A DNA stretch of 64,000 nucleotides from Atractiella rhizophila (lineage: Eukaryota). A program made the position numbers and the translations under genes. Positions 62,337 to 64,000 of the stretch are shown here, piece after piece. The stretch is from positions 1 through 64,000 of the forward strand of contig MU271382.1 of assembly GCA_021432655.1 (NCBI GenBank), given 5' to 3'. The notes below the pieces were generated by a model, which saw only the letters and a program-made list of their open reading frames with translations, was not told the origin of the DNA and ran no database searches. How positions within the stretch are numbered: the first letter of the stretch is position 1; every line of letters starts with the position of its first letter.

Positions 62337-64000
62337 TTATTTCATTAAGTTGGTGATATATTGTATGGATGTACATGGTCTAAGTCCTTGAATTGAATGT
62401 CCTAGGAAATGCCACCAAAAGCAGAATGTATTACCAACTAAAGTCGGCTTGTTTATTTGCCATCCCCATATAAGGAACAACAAGCGACCGTGCCAGTGAA
62501 AGCACCTGTTTTCAGGTCCGCGAGGAATTTTCCTAAAAAGTGACGAAGACGTACCATTAGTCACGGAATTGGAGCAGCCGAAGATATCAGAGTCTCCATC
62601 AACCACGCAAGCCTGGTTCACGGTCCAGTATCCACTGAGAGCTCCGCAAACCCTCGCGAGCTGACCATTGACGGCGGTGGTTCCACAGACCTCGCCTCCA
62701 GAGCAATCAGAGTTCGAAGAACACGACGCCTGACTCCCACCAGTAGCCCACTGGTATTCATCCTCTTTTTTCAACGCGGCGTGCTGTTCATCATCATCAT
62801 CATCCTCTCCTTCCGAGCACCATAGTAGCAAATCCAAATCATTCTTCTTCACCCCCGCCGCGTCCAGTTCATCAGACATAGAGGAAGCCAGCATCGGAGC
62901 GAATTTGGTAGATGGAAGACGGGGCTGCGATTCTCTCTTCTTTGCATGCGTAGACAAAGCAGCAACTGGGGAAGAATCCACAGTGGCGGACGGTTGATCA
63001 TGAGTAGGTTGCAGTGGGTCCATCGGCTCCAACGATTTGAGTCCCGACGAGCCCAAGCTTGCTTCCCCCCTCTGTCGCAGGATCTGCTTCTCCTTTTCCT
63101 TCACATTACATTCGGTCTTCAAAGGCTGGGGAAGGGTGAAACTCGTCGATGAAGCCTCATCCTCATCCTCGCTAGCCACAATTTCGAAGCCCGTTATCAC
63201 GTTCAAAGGATCGCCTTTGGCGGAGGGATATCGAGGATCTTCCTCCTCGTGGTCTCTCCCCATATCCGCTGGCTTCGTCGTTCGGGTTCCCGCGGCGGAG
63301 GGTTAAGCGGGGGGAGAGGTCTTAGCGGATTGGTGTAGCCAGGGTACAACTACGCGTGGTGGGGCTTTGGGGCGACGCGGGAGCAAAGATTTGGTCGCAC
63401 CGGTGTGGACATGATTGCTAGACATTCGACCAACATGATTTGAGGAAAAACGAGGTGATGCACTAATGACCCTTTTGGCTCGACTGGGAGTCGTGAGAGA
63501 CGGTTTCTTCTTTCCTGGATACTGGTGACACGGCTCCTTCACTTGCTGTGCAAGTTGCGGAAATGTCAAGCTCGGTGCGATCGTTCTCTTCAACTCTGCT
63601 GAGCTCGAGACTTTGAGGCTTGCGCTAAGAGGAAAAGTAACGCGCCGGTTCATCCATCCCAATCCATCCAACGGAATAATTCCATGCCGCTCAACAATGG
63701 CTTCCTCTGATGTTCCTCTTGGAGTCAGCGGTTTCGAGTTGGAAATACCAATGGAACTTGTGCTTGTGAGAGGAGCTTGGCGTTTAGCCAGTGAAGATGG
63801 AACAGGCACCGACGGTTTGCACGCTGGGCTCCGGGTACCTCCATCCCTTCCCTCCCTAAATCCAGTCTCACGCTGTCCAAAACCGAGACCAAATCTGGGG
63901 ACGCCTTAAACAACACCGCTTTGACGTTGTCTTCAACAAATCATCCTGGAGGAGGCCTTTCCAGGTCTCGAACAGTGCCTTGACGGTCTTTGGCTCCTTC
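62337..64000 (-). pseudogene. Low-complexity S/P/K-rich hypothetical protein, 5' end outside the window
   Basis: ORFs 63303-63809 and 62337-63263 are in the same frame, separated by one TAA; no recognisable domain. Confidence 0.35.

Overview
Eukaryotic, intron-containing fungal DNA (short GT-AG introns; the Plavaka, CACTA-like, hAT, Harbinger, Copia and Tad1-like element content suggests a basidiomycete, which is an inference). The region is dense in transposons and pseudogenes, with one 610-N gap. Apparently intact host genes are a Ure2-like glutathione S-transferase, a bZIP factor and a secreted beta-propeller protein. The main structure is a four-level nest that can be reconstructed base by base. 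A Zn2Cys6 transcription-factor gene is split inside its zinc cluster by a 15,925-bp element (28946-44870, 8-bp TSD GCCGAGAA, imperfect TIRs) that has no recognisable transposase of its own and carries host-gene fragments, including the 5' part of RPN5. That RPN5 fragment is split by a 9,078-bp Plavaka element (CATC..GATG ends, GG TSD), which itself contains a 1,559-bp non-autonomous CATC element (CA TSD). Also present: a full-length but disabled hAT (perfect TIR and TSD), four MITEs, two independent 165-bp solo LTRs, Copia/LINE/CACTA/Harbinger remnants, a 2,064-bp tandem duplication and three disabled paralogs of an F-box-like/LRR-like family. Family assignments come from motif recognition only; no searches were run.
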